A DNA stretch of 64,000 nt from Eledone cirrhosa. Its lineage: Eukaryota. Positions 31,600 to 46,619 of this stretch are shown piece after piece (position 1 is the first letter of the stretch; every line of letters starts with the position of its first letter). Where the stretch lies: assembly GCA_964016885.1 (NCBI GenBank), contig OZ024747.1, forward strand, positions 59,086,001-59,150,000, in the 5' to 3' direction. The notes below the pieces were generated by a model, which did not search any database, was not told where the DNA came from, and saw only the letters and a program-made list of their open reading frames with translations. A program made the position numbers and the translations under genes.

Positions 31600-31825
31600 T
31601 AGGATTGACAGTATCGGTAGAGCGTCGGAGAACATGTTTTTTTGCAGCATTGAGTTACGGCCCTTTCCGTTATCTGTACAAATCCCGCCGAGGTTAGCTT
31701 TGCCTTTCATCCTTACGGGGGTCGATAAAATAAAGTACCAGTAATGTACTGGAGTCTATTTAACCGACTTTTCCACATCCTTTCAAATTGCTGGCCTTGT
31801 GCCAAAAGTAGAAACAATTATTATT
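31600..31825 (+). mobile_element. Deu/Nin-domain SINE, full length
   Basis: gacagtatcggtagagcgtcgga...gcctttcatccttacgggggtcgataaaataaagtaccag...gctggccttgtgccaaaagtagaaac plus (ATT)n tail. Confidence 0.8.
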
Positions 31826-31897
31826 ATTATATCATATATTTCAATGGACAAAGAACAAAAGGCTTGAGCGCTTGGTGAGTGTGTGGAGGGGTGGGGG

Positions 31898-31935
<38 letters not shown>

Positions 31936-32079
31936 GTGTGTGTGTGTGTGTAGGAATAAAATAAACATACTCAATGAAAACAGAGATATAGTGTTTCAGC
32001 CATTTAAAGATAATGGTGAAACGAGAATGTTGTAAGGTGCACTCACTGACTTCTGTCACTGTAACTTATTCCACCCAGG

Positions 32080-32148
32080 AACACACATACACATACACAT
32101 ACATACACACATACACATACACATACACACACATATACACATACACAT

Positions 32149-32185
<37 letters not shown>

Positions 32186-32192
32186 TACACAT

Positions 32193-32229
<37 letters not shown>

Positions 32230-32492
32230 TATACACATACACATACATACACATACACATACACACACATATACACATACACATACACACACATGCACAT
32301 ACATACACATACATACACATACATATACATATACACACACACATACACATACACATACATACACATAGACATACATACACATACACATACACACACATGC
32401 ACATACATATACATACATACACATACATATACATACACATACATACACATATACATACACATACACACCCACATACACATACATATACATAC

Positions 32493-32535
<43 letters not shown>

Positions 32536-33000
32536 TACATACACCTACACATACATACACATACACATACACACACATACACACAAAACATACGCATACA
32601 CACACATACACATACATACATACATATACTCACACGCAGAACCTCACACACATACACATATAATCACACACACATGCAGTTACACACATACACACATACC
32701 CAAACTCACACACATACACATACATTCACAGATATACAGGCACAACACACACTCACGCACATACACACACTCACACAGTCACACAGACACACAAACTCAC
32801 ACACATATACACTTTAGTTAAGGATATAAACACACAGTCACACACACATACAAACACACATACACATACAAACACACATACAAACACACAGTCACACACA
32901 CATACAAACACACAAACTCACACAAATACACATACACGCAGATATGAACATACACAGTCACACATACACACACACAGTCAATCGTACACATACACACACA

Positions 33001-33069
<69 letters not shown>

Positions 33070-33170
33070 TATACATACATAGTCACACACACACATACAA
33101 ATATACAAAAATACTCATAAAGAAATACAGAAGCACACATTTACACACATATACACGCACACATGTACGG
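32080..33170. repeat. (CA)/(CATACA)n compound microsatellite
   Basis: Direct reading. Confidence 0.95.
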
Positions 33171-33261
33171 AAACCTAACTGTATAATTACATCTAACACT
33201 GGAAATAGTGTCTGGGGATGCATCATTATAGAAGTGCAAATATACAACACAGACAAACGTG

Positions 33262-33714
33262 CACATGTGTGCATGTATGCATCTGTGCATGTATGCATCT
33301 GTGCATGTATGCATCTGTGCATGTATGCATCTGTGCATGCATGCATCTGTGAATGTATGCATCTCTGCATGTATGCATCTGTGCATGTATGTATCTGTGC
33401 ATGTATGCGTCTGTGCATGTATGCATCTGTGCATGTATGCATCTATGCATGTATGTATCTGTGCATGCATGCATCTGTGCATGTATGTATCTGTGCATGT
33501 ATGCGTCTGTGCATGTATGCATCTGTGCATGTATGCGTCTGTGCATGTATGCATCTGTGCATGTATGTATATGTGCATCTGTGCATCTGTGCATGTATGC
33601 GTCTGTGCATGTATGTATCTGTGCATGTATGCATATGTGCATCTGTACATCTGTGCATGTATGCATCTGTGCATCTGTGTATGTATGCATATCTGCATGT
33701 GTGCATGTGTGCAC
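33262..33714. repeat. 16-bp minisatellite (gcatgtatgcatctgt)n
   Basis: Direct reading. Confidence 0.95.
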
Positions 33715-33785
33715 ATATTGATATGTCAATATTTCAACCCAAACAAGATATATGAAGAATTCATTTTCAGAAATATGTCGTGAAG

Positions 33786-34254
33786 CAGTGCTGGATTCAT
33801 CATCGGCAAATTGGCAGAGTCGTTAAGACCTCGGATAGAATACTTTACGGTATTCGCCCCACCTCATTACGCGCTCTGAGGTCAAATGCCGCCGGGGTCG
33901 ACTTTGCCTTACATACTTTCGAGGTCGATAAGAAAAGTACAAGTCCAGTACTGAGGTCGATTTTTCTTCTATAGAAAATTCGGCTGTGTTCCTACCTGGA
34001 GAGAGTTAGGCTCAGCCAGGATTAAAACTTCCCCAGACACATTGTATGACGGTGCCTCTATGACTCCACAAGGAGTTGTGGGGTCTTTATCCTTTATATT
34101 TTAGGTGTGCTTAAGCACAGGGCCCCGTTGGCCAAGAAATGGGGACACATCTTCCTGCCAAAATAAAAAAAAAGATTTTACCTCCTTCAGGGCCCTAGTA
34201 GGGGCCTCATAACTTAACTAGCACAGGGCCTTATTTGTCCTAAATCCAGCACTG
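33786..34254. mobile_element. hAT-type non-autonomous DNA transposon interrupted by a SINE
   Basis: Terminal inverted repeats CAGTGCTGGATT (33786) and AATCCAGCACTG (34243-34254); subterminal agcacagggcc repeats; 8-bp flanks match only partly (tcgtgaag and cttggaag). Confidence 0.55.
33805..33962 (+). mobile_element. Deu/Nin-domain SINE (diverged) nested in the hAT element
   Basis: ttggcagagtcgtt...gccggggtcgactttgccttacatactttcgaggtcgataagaaaagtac. Confidence 0.7.
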
Positions 34255-34544
34255 CTTGGAAGGAGCCCCACCGTACGAAAGGGATTGCTGTAACCTTTAT
34301 TTATCGAAATAGATTTGAAAAAATAATAATAATTTTTAAAAATTACCATAACTTCTACTTTAGGTAGAAGGTTAGTAATAGTGATTGCAGATTTAGGCGC
34401 AAGGCTAATCATTTTTGGGGAGAGCAAAGTCGATTAAATCGACACTAGTGCTTTACTGGTACTTTATTTTATCGACCTCGTGTTTCAATATGGTGCCCCT
34501 GCGACTCTCTTGGGAATTACGGAACTATACATGCATAGATAGAT

Positions 34545-34604
<60 letters not shown>

Positions 34605-34647
34605 CACATGAAGGAGAGAGAGAAGAGAAAGAGATATAGAGGAAAAA

Positions 34648-34797
34648 TTGCCCTCAGTACTAGACTGGTACTTTTATTATCGACCTCAAATGAATGAAAA
34701 GCAAAGTTGACCTCGGTGGGATTTGAACTCAGAGATGAGAGAGCTGAAAGGAATACTGCAAAACATTCTGTTCGACGCTCTAGCGACTCTGCCAATT
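34648..34797 (-). mobile_element. Deu/Nin-domain SINE; possible 3' part at 34393-34479
   Basis: ctggtacttttattatcgacctc...aagttgacctcggtgggatttgaactcag...tctagcgactctgccaa. Confidence 0.7.
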
Positions 34798-34875
34798 CAA
34801 CAAATACAACAACAACAGCATCAAAAAGATCATCTAATATAAGAACTATAGCAACAAAACGAACAAAAAAACAGC

Positions 34876-34919
<44 letters not shown>

Positions 34920-35228
34920 CCACAGCAACAACAACAACAACAACAGCAACAACAACAACAGCAACAACAACAGCAGTAACAACAGCAACCACAACAACAA
35001 CAACAGAAGTAACATTAACTACAACAAGAGGATCACAAGTTAAACATGAAGTGGTTTATGCAGAATCTATTGCAAGAATGACTCCCAGTGGTTTTCAAGG
35101 CTACACTTTATCGCTCCATTTCGATGGCGGCGTACAATAGAGGCAAGCCACGTTGTGTGCTGTACAGCTTTTATTTTCTCTTCAATGGCAGGCCTAAATA
35201 TTATCTCTCTTAAACACACACACCCCGT

Positions 35229-35275
<47 letters not shown>

Positions 35276-35278
<3 letters not shown>

Positions 35279-35599
35279 GTAGGAGGTGAGTTTTATTGTA
35301 GTACAATAAAGCAATGCAGATATCGGAGAAGAAGCACTCTACAATTTGTAGGACTGGAGTATACATAATATAAGATCAAAAGATGGTTAAAGGAGTTCCA
35401 TGTATTTTAAAACTGTTGATTTAAAACTGTATTTTAAATATGTTGATTTAAAACTGCACTATCCACAAGTGTTTTTTAGCCTTCATATCATGTTCTCCTG
35501 TTTTATCTGATGAAAACACAAATATTATTGCATGATGATGTTTGTTTTTGAAATGCGCATAATAAAATACATGGAACTCCTTTAACCATCTTTTGATCT

Positions 35600-35608
<9 letters not shown>
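35276..35608. mobile_element. PLE-derived hairpin-plus-tail insertion (family F4)
   Basis: Arms 35365-35409 and 35563-35607; tail 35276-35364 on the minus strand; (TA)n flanks. Confidence 0.75.
35501..35567 (+). ncRNA. Type I hammerhead ribozyme motif
   Basis: ttttat CTGATGA [long imperfect stem II] GAAA tgcgca TA ataaaa; palindromic TGCGCA stem III. Confidence 0.75.
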
Positions 35609-35661
<53 letters not shown>

Positions 35662-35965
35662 TATATATCATATATATCATATATACCGTTTGCATAGAAA
35701 TATATCATATATATATATGTGTGTGTGCGTGTGTGTGTGTGTATTTTCACACAAATAACTGTATGTAAGTGTGTATTGATGTGCGTGTGTTCATGTGTGT
35801 GATTATTCTCATTATTTATAAAGCTGCGTTCTATATGTTATTTCATAATCTTTATTTTAATAGATGTGTGTGTGTGCGTATGCCTATATATATACACATA
35901 TATGTATATATATACACACATGTATATATTTATATGTATATTTGAGAGTGTGTGTGTGTTTGTAC

Positions 35966-35997
<32 letters not shown>

Positions 35998-36046
35998 ACA
36001 TATATATATATTATGTGTGTGTGTGTGTGTGTGTGTCTATGTATGC

Positions 36047-36086
<40 letters not shown>

Positions 36087-36148
36087 ATATATGTATGTAT
36101 ATATACATATGTATGTATGTATGTATATATATATATTATGCAATAAAA

Positions 36149-36339
36149 TAATTGTTTCTACTTTTGGCACAAGGCCAGCAATTATCCAGTGTATTACTGG
36201 TACTTTATTTTATCAACCCCGTAAGGATGAAAGGCAAAGTTAACATCGGCGGGATTTGAACTCAGAATGGCAAGGGCCGTAACTCTATGCGTCAAATCAT
36301 AGCGTCCGACCCTCTACCGATACTGCCAACCCACCGCCC
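36149..36339 (-). mobile_element. Deu/Nin-domain SINE, near full length
   Basis: Closely matches 19061-19247. Confidence 0.8.
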
Positions 36340-36844
36340 TTATGCATTAAAATAATGTTTGGGAAAAAAACACATAAAACATTAAGTATATAAATACATG
36401 AACTACAAGAACAACAACAATAACACCAACAACAATAACAATAACAACAACAACAACAATAACAACAACAATAACAACAATAACAACAATAACAACAACA
36501 ACAACAATAATGATAACGACAATGCTGGTGATGGACGTGTGTTTCCCAGAGATTTGACAATGGATATACAAGAATAGAAATGAATGAAACGAAAGGAAAG
36601 AAACAAAAAGAAAAAGAAGACAATACTAATGAATCAATATGGTGCTAGATCGATAAATCGATAATTACGTGAAATGTCAGTATGACTTCATGATTGAAAA
36701 ATGACGTAATAGATGCCAATCCATGCTTAGACCACGGTCACGTGACCTCGTCTCGCACAATTGTAGGTGAAGGAGGGGGGAGATGGTGGGAGGGTGGGGA
36801 TGCGATTGTGTGGAGCAGTAATTCCTTATTCTGATGTCATCGTA

Positions 36845-37471
36845 AATCATCACCATCATTATCATCTTCATCACCATCATCATCATCATAATAATAATCA
36901 TCATCAGCGCCGTCGTCGCTATCATCATAACCATCACCATCATCGTCATCGCCATCATTAGCATCATCATAACCATCATCATCATCATCATCATCATCAT
37001 CGTCATCGTCAACACCATCCTTACAACCACCACCATCAACACCACCAACACCAATAACAACACCGTCATCATCACCACCACCCCCACCATTCACCACTGC
37101 AACCAATAACATCACCATCACCACCATCAACAACATCCACTACCATCACCACCACTAACAACAACAACAACAACATCAACATCGACTACCACCACCACCA
37201 ACAACACCATCATCAACAATACCGCCACCATCACCACCACCAACAACACCATCATCAACAATACCGCCACCATCACCACCACCAACAACAACATCATCAA
37301 CAGTACCGCCACCATCACCACCACCAACAACACCATCATCAACATCATCATCATCAACAACATCCCCCACCATCACCACAAACAACAACAGCCACCATCA
37401 ACAACAGCAACATCAACACCACCAACAACTACATCAACACCACCATCAACACCACTACCACCAGCTACAAT

Positions 37472-37502
<31 letters not shown>

Positions 37503-37792
37503 ACATCACCACCAACGGCACCGTCACCAACAACAACACCAACAACAACATCACCACCAACGCCACCACCATCACCACCAACAACAGCAACAACACCACC
37601 ACCATCACCACCACCACCAACAACAACAACACCATCACCACCACCACCACCACCACCAACAACAACAACACCATCACCACCACAGTCACCACCACCACCA
37701 TCACCACCACCAACAACAACAACACCATCACCACCACCATCACCACCACCACCAACAACAACAACAACACCATCACCACCACCGTCACCACC

Positions 37793-37823
<31 letters not shown>

Positions 37824-38535
37824 CCATCACCACCACCGTCACCACCACCACCATCACCACCACCAACAACAACAACAACACCATCACCACCACCATCATC
37901 ACCACCATCACCACCACCATCACCACCACCACCAACAACAACACCATCACCACCACCACCACCACCACCATCACCACCACCAACAACAACAACAACAACA
38001 CCACCACCACCACCACCATCACCACCACCACCAACAACAAGAACAACACCATCACCACCAACAACAACAACACCATCACCACCACCACCATCACCACCAA
38101 CAACAACAACACCATCACCACCACCACCGTCACCACCACCACCATCACCAACAACAACAACAACAACAACAACACCACCACCACCACCACCATCACCACC
38201 ATCACCACCACCATCACCACCACCACCATCACCACCACCACCACCACCACCATCACCACCACCACCAACAACAACAACAACACCACCACCACCACCACCA
38301 CCATCACCACCACCAACAACAACAACAACACCATCGCCACCACCATCATCACCACCATCACCACCACCATCACCACCACCACCACCACCACCATCACCAC
38401 CACCAACAACAACAACAACAACAACACCACCACCACCACCACCACCATCACCACCACCACCAACAACAACAACAACACCATCACCACCACCAACAACAAC
38501 AACACCATCATCATCATCATCATCAACATCACCAG
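36845..38535. repeat. (CAT/CAC/CAA)n compound trinucleotide array
   Basis: Direct reading. Confidence 0.95.
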
Positions 38536-38675
38536 CGTCATTATTAATAAATATTTCCATTCCACAAAGAAGGCAAAAACTAGTATATTTCGACTTAACA
38601 CTAATTAACACAGTTTTGGTCTTTACATAATGTTGATTGTGGTTAGCAGACGTTCCATAGGATGAGAAAGAGGCT

Positions 38676-40186
38676 ATGTGTGTGTGTGTGTGTGTGTGAC
38701 AGAGAGAGAGAAAGTGTGTGTGAATGTGTGCGTGTGAATGTGGGTATATATGTGTGTGTATGTGTGTGAATGTGTGTATGTGTGTGAATGTGTGTATGTG
38801 TGTATGTATGTGTGTGAGAAAGCGTGTGTGTGTGAATGTATGTGTGTGTGAGAATATATGTGTGTGTGTGTGTGAATGTTTGTATGTGTGTGTGTACGTG
38901 TGTGAGAAAGTGTGTGTGTGAATGTAAGTATGTGTGTATGTATGTGTGAGAAAGTGCGCGCGCGTGTGAATGTATGTATGTGTGTGTGTGTATGTGTGCG
39001 AATGTGTGTACGTGTGTGAAAAAGTGTGTGTGTGAGAATGTATATATGTGTGTGTATGTGTGTGAATGTGTGTATGTGTGTGTATGTGTGTGTATGTGTG
39101 TTTTTATGCGTGTGAGAAAGTGTTTGTGAGTGTGTGTGTATGTGTTTATTTGTATGTTTGTGTCTATGTGTAGGAAAGTATATCTCTGGGCATGTATGTG
39201 TATATGTGTGAGAAATTGTTTTTGTGTGTATGTGTGTGTGTGTGCAAGTGTGTTTGAGAAAGTCTGTTTGTGTGTGTGAGAGAAAGTGTTTGCGGGCGTG
39301 TGTGTATGTAAGTGTGTATGTCTACATGTATGTGTGTATGTATGTGTGTGAGAAAGTGTGTGTGTGTGAATGTATGTATGTCTGTGAGAAAGCGTGTGTG
39401 TGTGAATGTATGTGTGTGTGTGTGAATATATGTGTGTGAATGTTTGTATGTCTGTGTGTATGCGTGTGATTGTGTGTGTGTGAGAGAAAGCGTGTGTGTG
39501 TGAATGTATGTGTGTGTGAGAATATATGTGTGTGTGTGTGTGAATGTTTGTATGTGTGTGTGTACGTGTGTGAGAAAGTGTGTGTGTGAATGTAAGTATG
39601 TGTGTATGTATGTGTGAGAAAGTGCGCGCGCGTGTGAATGTATGTATGTGTGTGTGTGTATGTGTGCGAATGTGTGTACGTGTGTGAAAAAGTGTGTGTT
39701 TGAGAATGTATATATGTGTGTGTATCTGTGTGCATGTGTGTGAATGTGTGTATGTGTGTGTATGTGTGTTTTTATGCGTGTGAGAAAGTGTTTGTGAGTG
39801 TGTGTGTATGTGTTTGCTTGTATGTTTGTGTCTATGTGTAGGAAAGTATATCTCTGGGCATGTATGTGTATATGTGTGAGAAATTGTTTTTGTGTGTATG
39901 TGTGTGTGTGTGCAAGTGTGTTTGAGAAAGTCTGTTTGTGTGTGTGAGAGAAAGTGTGTTTGCGGGCGTGTGTGTATGTAAGTGTGTATGTCTACATGTA
40001 TGAGAGTGTGCTTGTATGAGTATATATATATGTGTGTGTATTTGCTAGTGTGTGTGTATATGTGTGTTTGCTAGTTTCTATATATATACATGTGTGTGTA
40101 TTTGTTAGTTTGTGTATGTGTTTATCTGTGAGTGAGTATGCATGTATGTAGGTGGTTGTAGACACACACACACACACTCACTCACA

Positions 40187-40190
<4 letters not shown>
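38676..40190. repeat. (TG)-rich array containing a direct duplication with about 668-bp offset
   Basis: aggaaagtatatctctgggcatg at 39172 and 39840; blocks from 38817 and 39485 are colinear. Confidence 0.9.
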
Positions 40191-40228
<38 letters not shown>

Positions 40229-40589
40229 GGAGTGAAAGAGAGGGCGGGAGAGAGGGGGAGTGAAAGAGCGGGAGAGAGAGAGAGAGAGAAAGAGAGGGAG
40301 AGAAGGTGAGAGTGAGGGAGAGAATGAAACATAGAGGTAGAGAGAGAGAGAGTGAGAGAGAGAGAGAGAGAGTGAAAGAGAGGGAGAGAGGGTGAGAGAG
40401 AGTGAGAGAAAGAGGGAGAGTGAGAGTGAGCGAGAGAATGAGACATAGAGGTAAAGAGAGAGAGGGGGGAGTGAGAGAGAGAGGGGGAGTGAGAGAGAGA
40501 GAGATAACCTTATTGTGATATATTAAAGACATCAAAGAGAGAGTAAAAATGACAGCGGAAGAGGAAAGATTGGGAGAGAGAATACGTCC

Positions 40590-40654
<65 letters not shown>

Positions 40655-40699
40655 ATAGTTATACATAGATGTAAAAACACAAAGTCTTATCAGTTTCAC

Positions 40700-40727
<28 letters not shown>

Positions 40728-40734
<7 letters not shown>

Positions 40735-41095
40735 TATAATAAACAACATAAGACAATTATTCAATTTACCAAAGGTTTCACGAAGGCAAACGAACTCAAC
40801 AGAGACGTCTGAAATCGCTCATCAGAATGAAAATTTAATATCATATACACATAAACACATACATACCCACAGTCATTATTTCCCTCACATACACACAAAC
40901 ATACAAACACACACATACACACATACCCACAAATTTAATGTCACATTAAATTTTCATTCTGATAAGCGATTTCAGACGTTTCTGTTAAGCTCGTCTGGAA
41001 TAATTGTCTTATATTGTTTATTACATAATTAAATAGCTCTGTAGCATATATAGAGCACCCTCCCTTCCTTTACCCTTCCTACAGATATAGAACTT
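40728..41095. mobile_element. PLE-derived inverted-arm insertion (family F5)
   Basis: 40728-40839 is inverted relative to 40945-41030 (right arm internally deleted); minus-strand CTGATGA at 40825-40819 and GAAA cctttgg TA at 40779-40767; (TA)n flanks. Confidence 0.65.
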
Positions 41096-41096
41096 C

Positions 41097-41173
<77 letters not shown>

Positions 41174-41385
41174 ATTTACGTATCGAGAGAGAGAAGGGGG
41201 GATAGGTGATACATGTAGTTATTTGCCAATAGCGAATGCAAAGGGTGCTCAATACAATTGCCGGCAGTGTTAAATATTAGAAGTGTTAATACCTAGTGGG
41301 CGAGAGCATTAGCAGAGCGTAAGCACGTGGAGATAAATAAATATAGGAGAACAAACCGTTAAAACATGTTTATTTAAAATAGCAA

Positions 41386-41426
<41 letters not shown>

Positions 41427-41595
41427 TAAATAATCGAGAATCAGAATCTCGGCCCACGAAATAACGATAAACAATATTCGACATGTGTGGCAGAGGGCTC
41501 AATAGTTTGGATAAACCAGAGCTATAACTATCGTTAAAATATCGTTAAAATATATATATATATATATATAGATAGATAGATAGTAGTAGTAATAA

Positions 41596-41781
41596 TAATT
41601 GTTTCTATTTTTGACACAAGGCCAGCAATTATCCCAGTGCATTACTGGTACTTTATTTTATCGCCCCCATAAGGATGAAAGGCAAAGTTAACCTTGGCGG
41701 GATTTGAACTCAGACCATAAAGGGCCGTAATTCTTTGCTGCAAAGCATGGCGTCCGATTCTCTACCGATACTCTCCAATCC
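41596..41781 (-). mobile_element. Deu/Nin-domain SINE, near full length
   Basis: Matches the other copies. Confidence 0.8.
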
Positions 41782-42184
41782 AGAAACAATAATGAAAGAA
41801 AATAAAAATAAAAATAAAGACTTCTTCTATAGGCACAAGGCAAGCAATTTTGGAGGAGGGGAAAGTCGATTTAACAACAATGCTAATACTTTCTTTTATT
41901 TTACATTCAAGCTCCAGACAAACAATAGATTTATCAGCAAGTTCATACAAAAGAAAGCGTGAGAGAGATATACAACATAGTTCTATATAAAACTATAGGG
42001 AGTGGCAAAGACGTTACACATTACAATAAGACGTGTTAGATATTCTAAAGTTACACATGATCAATGGATGATAATATATAATTCACACATGATTAAAGAA
42101 AAGAATAGAGCCGGTCATCAGATCGAACGAAGGAAACAATGTTCCCATTGGTTTTTCTATAGTTGATGCTATCTGCCGCTCACA

Positions 42185-42315
42185 ACTTCTGACTGAAAGA
42201 GCAACGTATAATAAAGTATTTTATTCAAAAACACAACGCGCCGCTTGATCTGTGAATTAAACCCATGACTTAATAGTCGTGACTCTAATTCTATAACCAC
42301 CAGGCCACGAGTCTT
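42185..42315 (-). mobile_element. Degraded tRNA-derived SINE
   Basis: gagcaacgtataataaagtattttattcaaaaacacaacgcg...taaccaccaggccacg; same family as 7040. Confidence 0.5.
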
Positions 42316-42472
42316 AAAATATTGCCGAAAAAAAATGTAATTTCAAGAAATAAGAAGACAAAAATATGGCAGCCAGACCACAGACAAATAAGAACCCGTT
42401 ACATTTGTTTACATTTGTTAGGTCGAGTTGTCTCCTCGTTGTTCTGACTACGTTCATCTTCTTATAACGGCA

Positions 42473-42912
42473 CCTAATACATCAGCAAGTGTCAGTGGAC
42501 ATTTTTGGGGGGTCAGCTTTGAAGAGTTCCTAATACATCAGCAAGTGTCAGTGGACATTGGGGGGGGGGGTCAGCTTTGAAGAGCTCCTAATACATCAGC
42601 AAGTTTCAGTGGACATTTTGGGGGGTCAGCTTTGAAGAGTTCCTAATACATCAGCAAGTGTCAGTGGACATTGGGGGGGGGCAGCTTTGAAGAGCTCCTA
42701 ATACATCAGCAAGTTTCAGTGGACATTTTGGGCGTCAGCTTTGAAGAGTTCCTAATACATCAGCAAGTGTCAGTGGACATTTTGGGGGTCATCTTTGAAG
42801 AGTTCCTAATACATCAGCAAGTGTCAGTGGACATTTTGGGGTTCAGCTTTGAAGAGCTCCTAATACATGAGCAAGTTTCAGTGGACATTTAGGGGTCAGC
42901 TTTGAAGAGCCC
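42473..42912. repeat. Minisatellite of about 54 bp, about 8 copies, with variable G tract
   Basis: cctaatacatcagcaagtgtcagtggacattttgggggtcagctttgaagagtt. Confidence 0.95.
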
Positions 42913-43027
42913 TACATCGTCGGGGAATATTCACACAACCAGCTTAATCTTCACCAAAATTCTGACTTTTTCACATCTCATTGAAATATTAACCAAGGTT
43001 CAACATTGAAAAGTACAACATTAAGGA

Positions 43028-43091
<64 letters not shown>

Positions 43092-43259
43092 AACAACAGC
43101 AACAATAATAACAATGAAAAACAAGCAACAACAATATGAATATGAACAACAATTAACAACAACAGAAACGACATCAACGACAATGAAGTCGTGAACTATC
43201 GCAGCCACAACAACAACAACAATATGCAACAAGGACAAAAGGCCAACAGACGTTATATA

Positions 43260-43305
<46 letters not shown>

Positions 43306-43332
43306 CTTACATACATATATATACATATACTG

Positions 43333-43400
<68 letters not shown>

Positions 43401-43806
43401 ATATATATACACATACATACATACACACACATACATACTCACAGACATACACACATACATACACACGCACTTACAAGATGGTGTCTATCAATGAAAGTGT
43501 TTTTGTATGTTTGTAAAGAGGTAACAAAAGATGTCAGCCATAGAGAAAATACAAAACTACAAAAAAGGGCTTTACGTCCATATTTGTTAATAATCATTAT
43601 TGAAACATGTACTATAAAGTAAGCTATTGATTGAACCATGTATCGATCCTCTGACACTTGTGTTTACCATCGAATTATGGACTTCTCTAGGCCTGTTCAA
43701 TAGTTATAAGGGTGCTGAAAGTACACTCCATCCCTTCCATTGCTGTTTTTTGGTCTTTGTTTTTCGCCTTTTGTTTTTTAATGACTCACTGGGGAACACT
43801 TAAATG

Positions 43807-43906
<100 letters not shown>

Positions 43907-43911
43907 TATGA

Positions 43912-43986
<75 letters not shown>

Positions 43987-44056
43987 GCATATGCATATAT
44001 TACCACTATCCCATTGCTTGCTATTAAGACAATTAAAACATACATATATGCATGTA

Positions 44057-44178
<122 letters not shown>

Positions 44179-44199
44179 CATATATGTATATGTATATAT

Positions 44200-44253
<54 letters not shown>

Positions 44254-44300
44254 GTATATGTATAAATATGTATATGTATATATGTATATATATGGGTGAG

Positions 44301-44338
<38 letters not shown>

Positions 44339-44363
44339 CAAATACATATATATATATACAATA

Positions 44364-44396
<33 letters not shown>

Positions 44397-44696
44397 GTAT
44401 ATATATATATCTTGTTTCTGTGTGTCCAGAAACAAGATGGCGTAGGACAGAACAAAGGAGAGGCACAAAAACAAAGAAAAGAATCCCCAGTCACTGAAGA
44501 GGTCACAGAATGTGTGACGAAAGAACTTTGACAATATATAAACAACCATCTGGTTGTGGAACCAACCAACCAACCGGAAATTTATAAATTCCTAAATTTA
44601 TAAATTTATTATAATAAATTGAAGTGAAAGCTACTGGTGCGTGTGTTTCTTATTGGGAACATGACCCTCCCAAAGTATAACAATATATATATATAC

Positions 44697-44786
<90 letters not shown>

Positions 44787-45024
44787 ATATATATAATTCT
44801 CGACAGTTTTATTACGTAACTGTCTTTATCCCATTGCAGAAACTAATTAGTTGGAGTGAAAATTTAGTAAGTAAGTTAATTTTTTTTTAATTTTCTTATT
44901 TTACGTCTTTTATATTATTGTTCTGCATTCTCCTGCATCGAACCACCTAGGTACTATGACATAACCTGTGTATTTGCTGGCATTAGCGTACATCTGTACG
45001 CATATGTTAGTAGATATACTAAAT

Positions 45025-45083
<59 letters not shown>

Positions 45084-45188
45084 TTATATGCATATATATA
45101 CATATATATATATATATACGTATATATATATGCATATATATGTATGCATATATATATGTATGTACATATATATGTATATATATATGTG

Positions 45189-45293
<105 letters not shown>

Positions 45294-45698
45294 ATGTGCT
45301 TGTGTGTGTGTGTTTATGTGCTTGTGTGTGTCAATGTATTAATGTAAGAAGATCGAAATAGACGTTTGGTACCCTGCACAAGGTTAATCCATTGGGAGTG
45401 AAAGACCACTGGTCCTTGTTAGGACTAGTGGTCTTCCTAAGAGAAAGAAAACTATCTTGTAAAAATCTTTGACTCTATGTGTGTGTGTGTGCATGTATGT
45501 GTGTGTTTTCTAATGACAAGAGAACAAAGCAAGTACATTAATAAACTCCGTATTACTCCATTACCTTCATGTATTTTTATCCATGGCAACACAATATTGA
45601 TAACGAATAGCATTAAGGTGTCAGGTGTACTGAACTATATACATGTATGTGAGTGTGAAAGCGCGCGTGAGTGTGTGAGAGTTTAAATGTGTCTGGGC

Positions 45699-45733
<35 letters not shown>

Positions 45734-45999
45734 GGACCATATTTGCGGGCTGTCACCGATTCGAATTTTCTTCTAACTTTTTCTCTATATCCTATATTCC
45801 ATTATATGATTTGGTTCAATGTAATCCTGTAACATAATTCTGCAGATGACACCTGATGAATTCGCCTTGTCTTGCATCATAATTTGATGATGGAACTGGG
45901 CCATCCATTTAAAATATGAATAGTGTTTTCGCGGAATTAAATTCTAAAGTCCATTTTTCCAGTCCGGCCTTCTGGTATTGGTTTAATGTATATATATAT

Positions 46000-46080
<81 letters not shown>

Positions 46081-46619
46081 ATAATATCAGAACTCAAGGT
46101 GAGGAAAAAACAATATAGACTGGATATAGTTTATGATGGATCATATGAATCTGACATGAATTTCTATCTATGATAAAAACGGATGTGACGTATCTATCTG
46201 AAGCTTTCACCGTGTCATATGATTCACATTGATGTGTCGGGCCTTACCAGCTCTTCCGGCCTGACCGTTGCCTGACCGTTGCTTGACCATCGCATGACAA
46301 CGGTACATATGACCTCAAAACGCTTCTTAACACCATCATTCACGGATAATATTCACTGTTTCCATATTTATATAGCAGATCACGTGGATATTCTCCGGTT
46401 TAATTAGAAACAACTACCACGTATTAATTATCAATATGATATACTAATTTTTTTATATAATGGTCCTGTAACTCCTGGTGGAGTTGTAGCGGGGCCGTAT
46501 AGGCATACGGCAGTTCTTAGGCATTTTAAACCTGGCTGAGCTCAACACTCTCCAAGCCTGAGTACGGCAGATTTCTTCCACAAAAGGATAGAAAGTGAGA
46601 AAGAAGAAGTGAGAAAGAG

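Noticed and set aside
42473-42912. CRISPR-like or coding repeat
   Set aside because: No spacers; only G-tract length varies.
44430-44531. Acceptor-like site plus short ORF KQDGVGQ...KEL*
   Set aside because: No homology recognised and no partner exons; similarly weak candidates at 48268 and 51588.
45402-45435. 15-bp-stem hairpin as ribozyme or pre-miRNA
   Set aside because: No hammerhead core in the right order and too short for a pre-miRNA.
45909-45975. EKWTLEFNSAKT resembling a LINE RT motif (minus strand)
   Set aside because: Single short motif with no supporting neighbours.
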